IMG/VR virus record: IMGVR_UViG_3300012346_000137
Location: 1 to 48,730 of that record
Reading direction: 5' to 3' (one strand)
Length of the DNA stretch: 48,730 nucleotides
Source of the DNA: a virus
Lineage: Duplodnaviria > Heunggongvirae > Uroviricota > Caudoviricetes
Part shown: positions 1 through 8,218 of the stretch, piece after piece
How the letters are laid out: each line of letters starts with the position of its first letter
Position numbering within the stretch: position 1 is the stretch's first letter
Translations under genes and position numbers: made by a program
The notes under the pieces: generated by a model
Databases searched by the model: none
What the model was told of the DNA's origin: nothing
Seen by the model: only the letters and a program-made list of their open reading frames with translations

Positions 1-2
1 AT

Positions 3-374
3 AATGACAAAACAATTGGAGTAATTGTATATAAAAAGACAGGAGTAAATGAGTTCTCTTTTGTGTCAGAAGATCTCCCTACTGAATGGATGTCAGGCAT
101 ACTTTGGCAGCAAGCATTTAGATTCTTTAGAGAGAAGTATAAATTCTTTACTTCAATACATCCTATTACGATATCAACAGGAGGTAAAAATAGTTTTAGG
201 TGGAGATGGGCTGCTATAACAATGACAACAGTTTTAGATGAAATTGTAGATATTGAAGATGAAAGTGATTTAGGCTTTCTAACCTACGAAGAAGCAGAAC
301 TTGCTTGTCTTAAAAAATTAATTGAAATAGTAAAAGGTAAAGAGGTAGCTATCTGTTGCCATACTAATAGTTAA
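3..374 (+). CDS. Hypothetical phage protein, 5'-truncated by window edge
   Basis: Frame is open from nt 3 (NDKTIGVIVYKK...) through the track ORF at 63; C-terminal YEEAELACLKKLIEIVK. Confidence 0.7.
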   Translation, partial: NDKTIGVIVYKKTGVNEFSFVSEDLPTEWMSGILWQQAFRFFREKYKFFTSIHPITISTGGKNSFRWRWAAITMTTVLDEIVDIEDESDLGFLTYEEAELACLKKLIEIVKGKEVAICCHTNS

Positions 375-386
375 AAACAAATAAAT

Positions 387-491
387 ATGGAAACATTATT
401 AGAAATATCAATGACTCTATTATTATTATCATTTTCTGCACTTACTATATTAGTATGCATTTTGGTATATAAACAATTAAAAGATAAATAA
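387..491 (+). CDS. 34-aa single-TM peptide (not in ORF track)
   Basis: ATG387..TAA491, METLLEISMTLLLLSFSALTILVCILVYKQLKDK; A-rich upstream; fills the gap before thioredoxin. Confidence 0.6.
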   Translation: METLLEISMTLLLLSFSALTILVCILVYKQLKDK

Positions 492-494
492 CAT

Positions 495-767
495 ATGAGT
501 GAAAAATTACAAGTGAGCTACTTCTCAGCTGTATGGTGTGGACCATGTAAGATGTTCAAACCAGCATTTGAAGATGTAACCAGTCAATTTAGTGATGAGA
601 TTGATGTGCACTATTATGATGTAGATAATGATCGTGAAGCAGCATCAGCTAAGATGATTTCTGCAGTGCCTACAGTGATTCTTACGAAGGGCACAGAAGA
701 TGTGTTCAGGAATTCAGGAGTGATGTCTAAAGCAGCATTGAAAGAACAAATAGAAAAACACAAGTGA
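495..767 (+). CDS. trxA: Thioredoxin
   Basis: WCGPC active site, cis-Pro motif SAVPT, 90 aa. Confidence 0.95.
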   Translation: MSEKLQVSYFSAVWCGPCKMFKPAFEDVTSQFSDEIDVHYYDVDNDREAASAKMISAVPTVILTKGTEDVFRNSGVMSKAALKEQIEKHK

Positions 768-979
768 TGGGAAACAGACCAATGACCACTAGAGAAATCT
801 ACAAAGAGAACAAGTTACCTAGTAAGAATATCCTCAATACTACATTGGTCACTCAGCTTGAAGTTATAGAAAATGGTGTAGTTAAATACTATAACTGGGA
901 CAGTAGTGCTAAAGTAGTAGCAATGATTGAGGATACAGGTAAGACATTACGATTATACATTAATCATAAAAAGAAATAA
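764..979 (+). CDS. Hypothetical protein
   Basis: Coupled to upstream gene by GTGA overlap. Confidence 0.65.
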   Translation: MMGNRPMTTREIYKENKLPSKNILNTTLVTQLEVIENGVVKYYNWDSSAKVVAMIEDTGKTLRLYINHKKK

Positions 980-980
980 T

Positions 981-1205
981 ATGCCAGACATAAGTTGTTG
1001 CCAAGGTGGTAGTTGTCCATTGAGACTGCACTGCCATAGATACACAGTTAAACCTGATGAGTTGAATCAATCATATTTCAAAGACCCTCCATACAAGATG
1101 AGCATGATGTTAGATGAGCACCATGGTTACGTAGGTGTTGTCACTATTACATGTGCACATTTTTGGAACAATGATAAATATGAAGATGAAAAACCTACAA
1201 ATTAA
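981..1205 (+). CDS. Small Cys-rich protein (MPDISCCQGGSCPLRLHCHRY)
   Basis: ATG981 follows the upstream stop; Cys cluster typical of small phage proteins; track start 927 overlaps upstream gene. Confidence 0.7.
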   Translation: MPDISCCQGGSCPLRLHCHRYTVKPDELNQSYFKDPPYKMSMMLDEHHGYVGVVTITCAHFWNNDKYEDEKPTN

Positions 1206-1374
1206 TGAGGATTTTGAAAGAGAAGCATTAAAAGATTTTGTATATTTGTACGAAGAACAACAGTTGTTAGAGAAGGAAATTAACAGAAAACCAGCACAAC
1301 TAGTTGTTGTTGACATTGACAACGTATTACAAAAACAGAGAAATGAAGTTGAACGTAACCCCCTACCATTTTGA
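1180..1374 (+). CDS. Hypothetical protein
   Basis: In-frame ATG at 1180 within track ORF 1135..1374. Confidence 0.55.
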   Translation: MKMKNLQINEDFEREALKDFVYLYEEQQLLEKEINRKPAQLVVVDIDNVLQKQRNEVERNPLPF

Positions 1375-1969
1375 GCAAATAGTTAAGAGTGGCTTTACAC
1401 TTGATATGGTTTATTTTCTGAAGCTTGTTGAATCAGGCTATGATGTAACCAAACTCTGTGAAACCCCAAAGATAGATGTGCTCTGTCAAACTGTACGTAG
1501 AAAAGGACTTGTATCAGAGTCTTTCAAGCTTACATTGATAGGTAAATCTATCTTAGGGCTTCTAGATGAGGAAGGTGAAACAGAACTTAAGCTTGTTAAG
1601 ACTAAAGCTAGTGTTGATGACTTTGAGAAATGGTGGAAAACCTATCCAGGCACAGACACATTTACACACAAAAGCAACTCTTTTACAGGCTCTCGTAGCA
1701 TGCGTGTAAAGAAAGATGATTGCAAAAGCAAACTGAATGCTATTCTAGCTGAAGGTGAGTATAAAATAGAGGAACTGATAGCAGCATTGGAATATGAAGT
1801 GCTACAGAAGAAAGAGAATTCAGTGAAGACAAAAAGTAATAGACTTACGTTTATGCAGAACAGTCTGACATATCTGAATCAACGAACGTTTGAACCATTT
1901 ATTGAATTAATCAGGGAAGGTAAACAGGTGACAGAAGATCGTACACCAACAGGAGGAACAGATATATGA
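1343..1969 (+). CDS. Putative replication initiator / helicase-loader-like protein
   Basis: FEKWWKTYP...YLNQRTFEPF resembles phage replisome-organiser C-terminal domains; immediately upstream of DnaB; ATG at 1343. Confidence 0.45.
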   Translation: MKLNVTPYHFEQIVKSGFTLDMVYFLKLVESGYDVTKLCETPKIDVLCQTVRRKGLVSESFKLTLIGKSILGLLDEEGETELKLVKTKASVDDFEKWWKTYPGTDTFTHKSNSFTGSRSMRVKKDDCKSKLNAILAEGEYKIEELIAALEYEVLQKKENSVKTKSNRLTFMQNSLTYLNQRTFEPFIELIREGKQVTEDRTPTGGTDI

Positions 1970-3027
1970 GTTTTGATCAATTAAGAAAAGCTGTACAAGA
2001 TGGTCTCGATGGTAGAAACACTGGTATTCCTATGGGATTCAATAGATTGAATAAATACATAGGTATACGTAAGGGTATTTACACATTGGTGGGTGGTTTG
2101 ACAGGTTCAGGTAAGACCAGCTTTGTGGATGATGCATATGTGCTCAATCCATTTGATTGGTTTATCAAACAGAAAGACCCTAAGCTAAAGCTAAAGATCA
2201 TCTATCGCTCTATGGAGCGTAGTAGAACCTACAAGCTTGCTAAATGGACTTCTAGAAAGATATTCCTAGATCATGGTGTAATCATCAATGTAAGTAAGTT
2301 ATTAGGTTGGACAGAGAGAATGACTCCAGACGAGCACGATTTGTTCCTAATGTACGAAGATTATATTGGTGAGATGAACGAAGTGATGACAATCATCGAT
2401 GGTCCTGATAATCCTGTAGGTATAGCTAAACAAATCAAAACGCATGCTGAACAACATGGTGTGATTGAACAGCTTGATCAGTATAACAAAGTGTACATTC
2501 CTAACGACAGTAATGAAGTGACTATTGTTATTGTGGATCATGCTGGTTTGTTAAAGCTTACCAAAGACCTACCTACTAAAAAGCAGGTGATTGATAAAAT
2601 GTCAGACGAATTGAGATATGCTCGTGACTTCTATGGATACACTCCTGTAGTTGTGAGTCAGTTCAATCGTGACATATCAAATGCAATGAGACTTAAAGCT
2701 GGTGATGTTGAACCTAGATTGGAAGATTTCAAAGAGTCAGCATCAACCCAGGAAGACGCTGACGTGGTCTTAGCATTATTTGATCCTTCAAGATATAATG
2801 TAAAAGATCCCTCAGGTTATGATTTAGATAAACTAAAAGATGAGTTTGGAGCTAAGTACTTCAGAAGCTTGAGACTAATTAAGAATTCTTATGGTGAAGA
2901 TGATGTAAGAATTGGACTTGGTTTCTTAGGTTCTGTAGGTATGTTCAAGGAGCTACCAAAACGAGCTCAGATGACTGATGATGTCTATGATGATGTTATC
3001 AACAAGTCATTCTTTATAAACAAATAA
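1966..3027 (+). CDS. dnaB: DnaB-like replicative helicase
   Basis: Walker A GLTGSGKT, Walker B IVIVDH, VVVSQFNR, QEDADVV. Confidence 0.9.
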   Translation: MSFDQLRKAVQDGLDGRNTGIPMGFNRLNKYIGIRKGIYTLVGGLTGSGKTSFVDDAYVLNPFDWFIKQKDPKLKLKIIYRSMERSRTYKLAKWTSRKIFLDHGVIINVSKLLGWTERMTPDEHDLFLMYEDYIGEMNEVMTIIDGPDNPVGIAKQIKTHAEQHGVIEQLDQYNKVYIPNDSNEVTIVIVDHAGLLKLTKDLPTKKQVIDKMSDELRYARDFYGYTPVVVSQFNRDISNAMRLKAGDVEPRLEDFKESASTQEDADVVLALFDPSRYNVKDPSGYDLDKLKDEFGAKYFRSLRLIKNSYGEDDVRIGLGFLGSVGMFKELPKRAQMTDDVYDDVINKSFFINK

Positions 3028-3028
3028 T

Positions 3029-3211
3029 ATGAAAATTAAAGCACATTGGAGTAACACATTGCCAACAAGTAAAGATTACTGGTGGCAGATAGTATTATTA
3101 CCAACAATTAGTATTTTTAGAAGAATTGATGCTGAATCTTATGCAGCAATCAACTTCGAATGGTTATTTTGGTCATTCACAATAACAGTAGAATATGGCA
3201 TCCCTGCGTGA
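3029..3211 (+). CDS. Hypothetical hydrophobic protein
   Basis: Fills gap between helicases, aromatic-rich. Confidence 0.55.
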   Translation: MKIKAHWSNTLPTSKDYWWQIVLLPTISIFRRIDAESYAAINFEWLFWSFTITVEYGIPA

Positions 3212-4277
3212 TCAAAGACAGAAACATTTTGCTGATATTTGGATGAATAATGGTAAGTTTGGTATCCTCAACTTATGTCCTAGATTTGGTAAGATTTATA
3301 CCACAATCAACATATTAGAGAAACTACCAAAGAATATCAACATACTTATAGCCTATCCTGATTTAAAGATTAAACAATCTTGGGAAGATGATTTTAAGGC
3401 TAGAAAGTATAAGAATCCAAACATCACATACACTACACATTTGTCTCTTAAAAAACATGTAGATAGTCAGTTTGATTTAATAGTTCTTGATGAGATACAC
3501 TTGCTGTCTGAAGCACAATTACAAGTTGTGTCAGAAATGCTTGATACCCATAAACATGTATTAGGTCTTACTGGTACACTTTCTAGCTGGACAGAAAGAA
3601 CATTAAATGAAGAATTAGGTTTACCTGTCATAGCTCATTATCCAATTGAGAAAGCTATTGAAGAAGGTGTTATTACAGACTATCAAATCACTGTGCTTAC
3701 GACCCCTCTTGATAATGTTGTCACTCGTAACTATAAAGGTAAGTGGAAGACTGAGAAGAAACAGTTTGATGCTTATGGTTGGGTGATAGATCAGATGGAG
3801 AGACAAGGTAAGAGCACAATGTTCTTAAGACTTGCTAGAATGCGTATCATCCAGAACAGTCTGGCTAAACTTAACTTAACTAAGAAGATTTTAACTAACT
3901 TCAAGGATGAGAGAATTCTAGTGTTTTGTGGAGTGACAGCAATAGCTGATGAATTAGGTATCCCTGTCTATCACTCTAAAGCAGGAGATAAACAAGTGTT
4001 TGAAGATTTCGCTGCAGGTAAAGGTAATCACCTTGCTGTAGTGAAGATTGGAAACACTGGTGTGACATACAAACCTCTTAATCGTGTGATTATCAACTAC
4101 TTTGACAGTAATGGAGAGAATCTAGCACAAAAGATTAATAGGTGCATGGCTATGGAATATAACAATCCAGAGAAGAAAGCCAACATTTATATTATTTGTT
4201 CAACAGAGGATGTGGAGAAGAAATGGCTGCAGAAAGCATTAGAATTCTTCGATCCTAACAAAATCACTTACAAATGA
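3195..4277 (+). CDS. Superfamily 2 helicase-like protein
   Basis: Walker A-like CPRFGK, DEIH, LGLTGT, motif VI-like QKINRCMA. Confidence 0.8.
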   Translation: MASLRDQRQKHFADIWMNNGKFGILNLCPRFGKIYTTINILEKLPKNINILIAYPDLKIKQSWEDDFKARKYKNPNITYTTHLSLKKHVDSQFDLIVLDEIHLLSEAQLQVVSEMLDTHKHVLGLTGTLSSWTERTLNEELGLPVIAHYPIEKAIEEGVITDYQITVLTTPLDNVVTRNYKGKWKTEKKQFDAYGWVIDQMERQGKSTMFLRLARMRIIQNSLAKLNLTKKILTNFKDERILVFCGVTAIADELGIPVYHSKAGDKQVFEDFAAGKGNHLAVVKIGNTGVTYKPLNRVIINYFDSNGENLAQKINRCMAMEYNNPEKKANIYIICSTEDVEKKWLQKALEFFDPNKITYK

Positions 4278-4477
4278 AATTTGAATTAACAGAAGACATT
4301 AGTTTACAATCAGGTACAATGTATTGTGTAAGAGTAGATGGTACAGCTATTAAATGGTTTGCTAAACAAGAAGAAGCTGAGAAGTTCTTTGATGAAGTTA
4401 CTGCTAATCCAGATTTGTTAAAACCTGTAAAAAATATTTTGAAGTCTCAAGAAATTGATGTATCTTTGGAACATTAA
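4274..4477 (+). CDS. Hypothetical protein
   Basis: ATGA-coupled ORF. Confidence 0.65.
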   Translation: MKFELTEDISLQSGTMYCVRVDGTAIKWFAKQEEAEKFFDEVTANPDLLKPVKNILKSQEIDVSLEH

Positions 4478-4500
4478 TAACATTGAAATCAAACTAAAAC

Positions 4501-5172
4501 ATGGCAAGCAAATTAATTGGAATTGTTGGTGCAACAGGTACTGGCAAATCAACTTCAATCAAACACCTAGACTACAAAGAGACATTTATCATCAACGTAG
4601 CCAAGAAAGAATTACCATTTAAAGGAGCAGAGAAGCTCTATTGTAAAGACAACAAAAACTACAAGGAGATGGATGATGCGTTAGACATCGCTCGTCAACT
4701 TAAGAGAATCTCTGATGAACAACCCCACATTAAAAATGTAATCATTGAAGATTCAAATTACATTATGGGATTCAACATCGTATCAAAGGCTGACCAAGGT
4801 GGTTATGCAAAGTTTAGCTTAATGGCTAAAGATATGGTTGAGTTGTTTAGAGAGGCTCGTAAATTACGTGATGATTTAAAAGTGTTCTATTTCACACATC
4901 CTGAAACTATTGAAGATGGTGGTGAGATTGTAGGATACAAAATCAAAACTGCAGGTAAACTGATTGACAATCAGATTGTGTTAGAAGGTTTATTAACTGT
5001 ATGTTTGTACACACACGTAGAGGAATCAAAGGATGGTACAGTAACGTACAACTTTGTAACAAACAGGTTTAAGAAATATCCAGCAAAGAGTCCAGATGGA
5101 ATGTTTGGGGATATTAAAATACCAAACAACTTACAACAAGTTGTAGAAGCAATAGATGAATATTATAAATAA
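4501..5172 (+). CDS. AAA-type ATPase (Sak4-like recombination ATPase)
   Basis: GATGTGKST, Walker B VIIED, located before an SSB-like gene. Confidence 0.75.
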   Translation: MASKLIGIVGATGTGKSTSIKHLDYKETFIINVAKKELPFKGAEKLYCKDNKNYKEMDDALDIARQLKRISDEQPHIKNVIIEDSNYIMGFNIVSKADQGGYAKFSLMAKDMVELFREARKLRDDLKVFYFTHPETIEDGGEIVGYKIKTAGKLIDNQIVLEGLLTVCLYTHVEESKDGTVTYNFVTNRFKKYPAKSPDGMFGDIKIPNNLQQVVEAIDEYYK

Positions 5173-5191
5173 CAATTAAAACGTAGAAATC

Positions 5192-6058
5192 ATGAACATT
5201 GGAGGAAGTAAAAGAGAATCAAACTTTGAAAGCACAGAATTCACAAAGAAAGTGGGCTTATTTGAAGCAAAAGTAATTGCAGTTAACCCTGATGCAGAAG
5301 AGTATCAAGAGGTGTTAGGCATTCAGTTGAAAGAAGACAGCAAACAAGCTGAGTATCTAGGAGAAAAAGATGGTAACAAAACATTACGTGTTGACTTCTG
5401 GTTAGAAGAAATCAAAGGTAAGGACAAGTTTAAAGTTACATTCTTCTTAGAGAACAAGGTTAAGGAGAACAAAGACCAAACTAAGAAGCAGTATATCAAC
5501 AACATTGGTACTTGCTCTTGGGCAGCAGATCCTAATGATTTAGCTGAGTGGTTCACAAAGAGAGACTATCGTCCAGCATTTGTAGGTGAAGAAGAGTTAT
5601 ACAACTTCTTACGCACATGGTTGGGTAACATTGACTATAGACAAGATAATGCCATTTTACAATTAGAGTGGAATAAATTGTTAAAGGGTAATGTAAAAGA
5701 TTTGAAAGAACAAGTTAATAGTGAGTGGGCTACAAATGTTGTGGCTTTAGCTACTGTTAAAACTGTTACAAAAGATGATGGTGATAAAGAATACCAAGGT
5801 GTTTACAACAAGGCATTCTTACCAGCTTATTCTATCAAGCAATTTAGATTGGTAGACTATAGTAGCAGCAATGAATTAAGTAAATTACGTGAGAAGAAAA
5901 CTAAAGACTTAAAACCTCATGAGCGTTTTGTATTAAACGTTACAGGTGAGTATGGTTGTAAAGACTTCTTCTTATTGAAGGACTTGCGTGAGTATAACGC
6001 AGCAGATAATTTCGCATCTTCAGACAAAGTGTTTGAAGCTGACGATTCTGATTTCTAG
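5192..6058 (+). CDS. Single-stranded DNA-binding protein-like
   Basis: Acidic C-terminal tail ending EADDSDF; position between ATPase and primase. Confidence 0.55.
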   Translation: MNIGGSKRESNFESTEFTKKVGLFEAKVIAVNPDAEEYQEVLGIQLKEDSKQAEYLGEKDGNKTLRVDFWLEEIKGKDKFKVTFFLENKVKENKDQTKKQYINNIGTCSWAADPNDLAEWFTKRDYRPAFVGEEELYNFLRTWLGNIDYRQDNAILQLEWNKLLKGNVKDLKEQVNSEWATNVVALATVKTVTKDDGDKEYQGVYNKAFLPAYSIKQFRLVDYSSSNELSKLREKKTKDLKPHERFVLNVTGEYGCKDFFLLKDLREYNAADNFASSDKVFEADDSDF

Positions 6059-6076
6059 TTCCATTTTTCTATTTTT

Positions 6077-6110
6077 CCCTCCTCAGGATAAACTCTGGGG
6101 AGGGTTTTTT
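6077..6110 (+). terminator. Intrinsic terminator
   Basis: CCCTCCTCAG-loop-CTGGGGAGGG followed by T6. Confidence 0.8.
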
Positions 6111-6121
6111 ATTTAATACAT

Positions 6122-7126
6122 ATGATACAAGGAGTAAGAAAGACAAAGCTATCTATAGCAAACATCTTAACTAAGGTGAGTGAGTATGATATCTTCAGAT
6201 ATTATATGCCTAATACAGACTGGGTTATCAATAAGGTGACCTATTCTCCATTTAGGAATGAGAACAATCCTTCATTTGTAATAGGTAATAAGTATGGACA
6301 TCTATCTTTTCTAGACTTTAGTGACACAAGTAAACGTGGTGACTGTTTTACATTTGTACAAACGTTGCACATGCATCCAAGTATGAGTGATACACTAAAG
6401 ATGATAGACAAAGATTTTGGACTAGGACTATCTGATGGTAAGTCTACAGGTGAGTATAAAAGAATAGTTTCTGAATATAAACAGCCTGAGATGGAGAAGA
6501 GATACTCCCTAATCCAGGTTAAAGTGAGAAAATTCAATGCTGATGAGCTAGCTTATTGGGCTCAGTATCATCAAGATTTGCAGGACTTGAAAGACAATAA
6601 TGTATTTGCCATCAAAGAACTCTATCTTAACAAGCAGAAGTTTCCATTAAAGCCATCTGAACTAGTGTTTGGTTATTTGTATGAGGGACAGTATTGGAAG
6701 ATATACAGACCTTTTGCTGATCGAAAGCACAAGTGGATGCCTAACAACGTACCTATCACAGCAATGGATGGTAAACAAGACATAAAGAACTGCAGCATAG
6801 CTCTTATCAACAAGTCTAAGAAAGACTATATGGTGATGAAGAAGTTATTTCCTTGCAGTTGTGCTGTACAGAACGAAGGTTATGCATGTTTCTCTGATGA
6901 GAACATAGAATACCTGAAAGCTAACTCTGACAGACAAATCTTATCCTTTGATGCAGATGAGGTGGGTGTAGAGAATTCAAAACAGATTACACAGATATTT
7001 GGTTTTGACTATCTAAATGTACCACGTAAATATCTAGCAGAAGGAATTAAAGACTGGGCTGATTTAGCCAAAGCACATGGTATGAAAGCCATAGAAGATT
7101 ATTTAAAAGAAAAACAATTATTATGA
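6122..7126 (+). CDS. dnaG: DNA primase (DnaG/TOPRIM type)
   Basis: N-terminal SPFRNENNPSF...GDCFTFV (Zn-finger-derived), TOPRIM NKSKKD and FDADEVG, C-terminal KDWAD. Confidence 0.8.
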   Translation: MIQGVRKTKLSIANILTKVSEYDIFRYYMPNTDWVINKVTYSPFRNENNPSFVIGNKYGHLSFLDFSDTSKRGDCFTFVQTLHMHPSMSDTLKMIDKDFGLGLSDGKSTGEYKRIVSEYKQPEMEKRYSLIQVKVRKFNADELAYWAQYHQDLQDLKDNNVFAIKELYLNKQKFPLKPSELVFGYLYEGQYWKIYRPFADRKHKWMPNNVPITAMDGKQDIKNCSIALINKSKKDYMVMKKLFPCSCAVQNEGYACFSDENIEYLKANSDRQILSFDADEVGVENSKQITQIFGFDYLNVPRKYLAEGIKDWADLAKAHGMKAIEDYLKEKQLL

Positions 7127-7839
7127 ATTGGGACAAATTCAAAGACCAATTTCATCCATCGTGGCACAGACACATGAAGCCTTTCATAGAGAGTGAAGAG
7201 TGTGATAAGATATATGCATATTTAAAAGCTGAGAGTCAAAGAGGTAAGAAGATAGCACCTGCATCACAGAATGTATACAGATGTTTCCAAGAAACTTCTT
7301 ATGATGATCTAAAGCTGGTAATGTTAGGTATGTGTCCATATCACACAGCTATCGAAGGCAGTCCTGTAGCAGATGGATTGCTAATGGGATGCTCTATAAC
7401 AAATGCATGGCAGCCATCCTTACAGAAGTTCTATGAAGGTATAGAAATAGAACTGTATAAAGGATTGTGTTTGACATGTGAAAGACCTGCAGATGTGAGC
7501 TATCTAGCACAACAAGGTGTGTTGATGTTTAACGCAGCTTTAACTACAGAAATAAACAAAGCTGGCTCTCATATGCAATTATGGGAACCCTTTACTAAGT
7601 ATGTAATAGAAGAAGTGTTGAATGTAACACAGGTTCCATTTCTATTTTTAGGTAAGGAAGCAGCAAGATATCAGAAGTATGTAGGACCATTTACGTGGAA
7701 CTTTACAGTGAGTCATCCTGCTAGTGCATCTTACAAACAAACAGATTGGGACACAGAAGGTACATTTACAAAAATTAACAAAATACTAAAGGAGAACAAC
7801 AACACAGAAATAGACTGGTTGATGGACGTTCCTTTCTAA
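7123..7839 (+). CDS. ung: Family-1 uracil-DNA glycosylase-like protein with variant catalytic loop
   Basis: LVMLGMCPYH (canonical GQDPYH), GVLMFNAALT, HMQLWEPFT, SHPAS. Confidence 0.8.
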   Translation: MNWDKFKDQFHPSWHRHMKPFIESEECDKIYAYLKAESQRGKKIAPASQNVYRCFQETSYDDLKLVMLGMCPYHTAIEGSPVADGLLMGCSITNAWQPSLQKFYEGIEIELYKGLCLTCERPADVSYLAQQGVLMFNAALTTEINKAGSHMQLWEPFTKYVIEEVLNVTQVPFLFLGKEAARYQKYVGPFTWNFTVSHPASASYKQTDWDTEGTFTKINKILKENNNTEIDWLMDVPF

Positions 7840-7850
7840 AATCAATTAAC

Positions 7851-8207
7851 ATGTATATAAATTCAAGAATTGGTGGTGATATCCACCAAGGGGATCTTAT
7901 TGCTGTAGCTAATGGTAATGATTTCTCAATAGGTATATATTTTGGTAGAGGTATAGGTGGCACAGTTCAATACTATGATCCATCTACAGCTAGATATGTA
8001 AAAGAACGTTATGATAGAATGACTGAGGTTCAAAAGGAAAAGAACCCACTTAAACTTGGTAGTTTTTGGAAGAATTTTGTAAACAGTCCAAGAGACACCA
8101 GAGTTATGAAATTACACAGAGAAAGCATTATTAATCAACAAATGATAGATGATATACAACTATCAAAAGAAATGTTAGCACAATTTAATATTACAGTAAA
8201 CTTTTAA
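7851..8207 (+). CDS. Hypothetical protein
   Basis: 118-aa ORF in co-linear operon. Confidence 0.65.
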   Translation: MYINSRIGGDIHQGDLIAVANGNDFSIGIYFGRGIGGTVQYYDPSTARYVKERYDRMTEVQKEKNPLKLGSFWKNFVNSPRDTRVMKLHRESIINQQMIDDIQLSKEMLAQFNITVNF

Positions 8208-8218
8208 ACAGAGAAAGC

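Noticed and set aside
927-980. Track start extensions at 927, 1135, 1304, 17697 and 19055
   Set aside because: They overlap upstream genes; downstream ATGs (981, 1180, 1343, 17760, 19109) fit the coupling and family N-termini better
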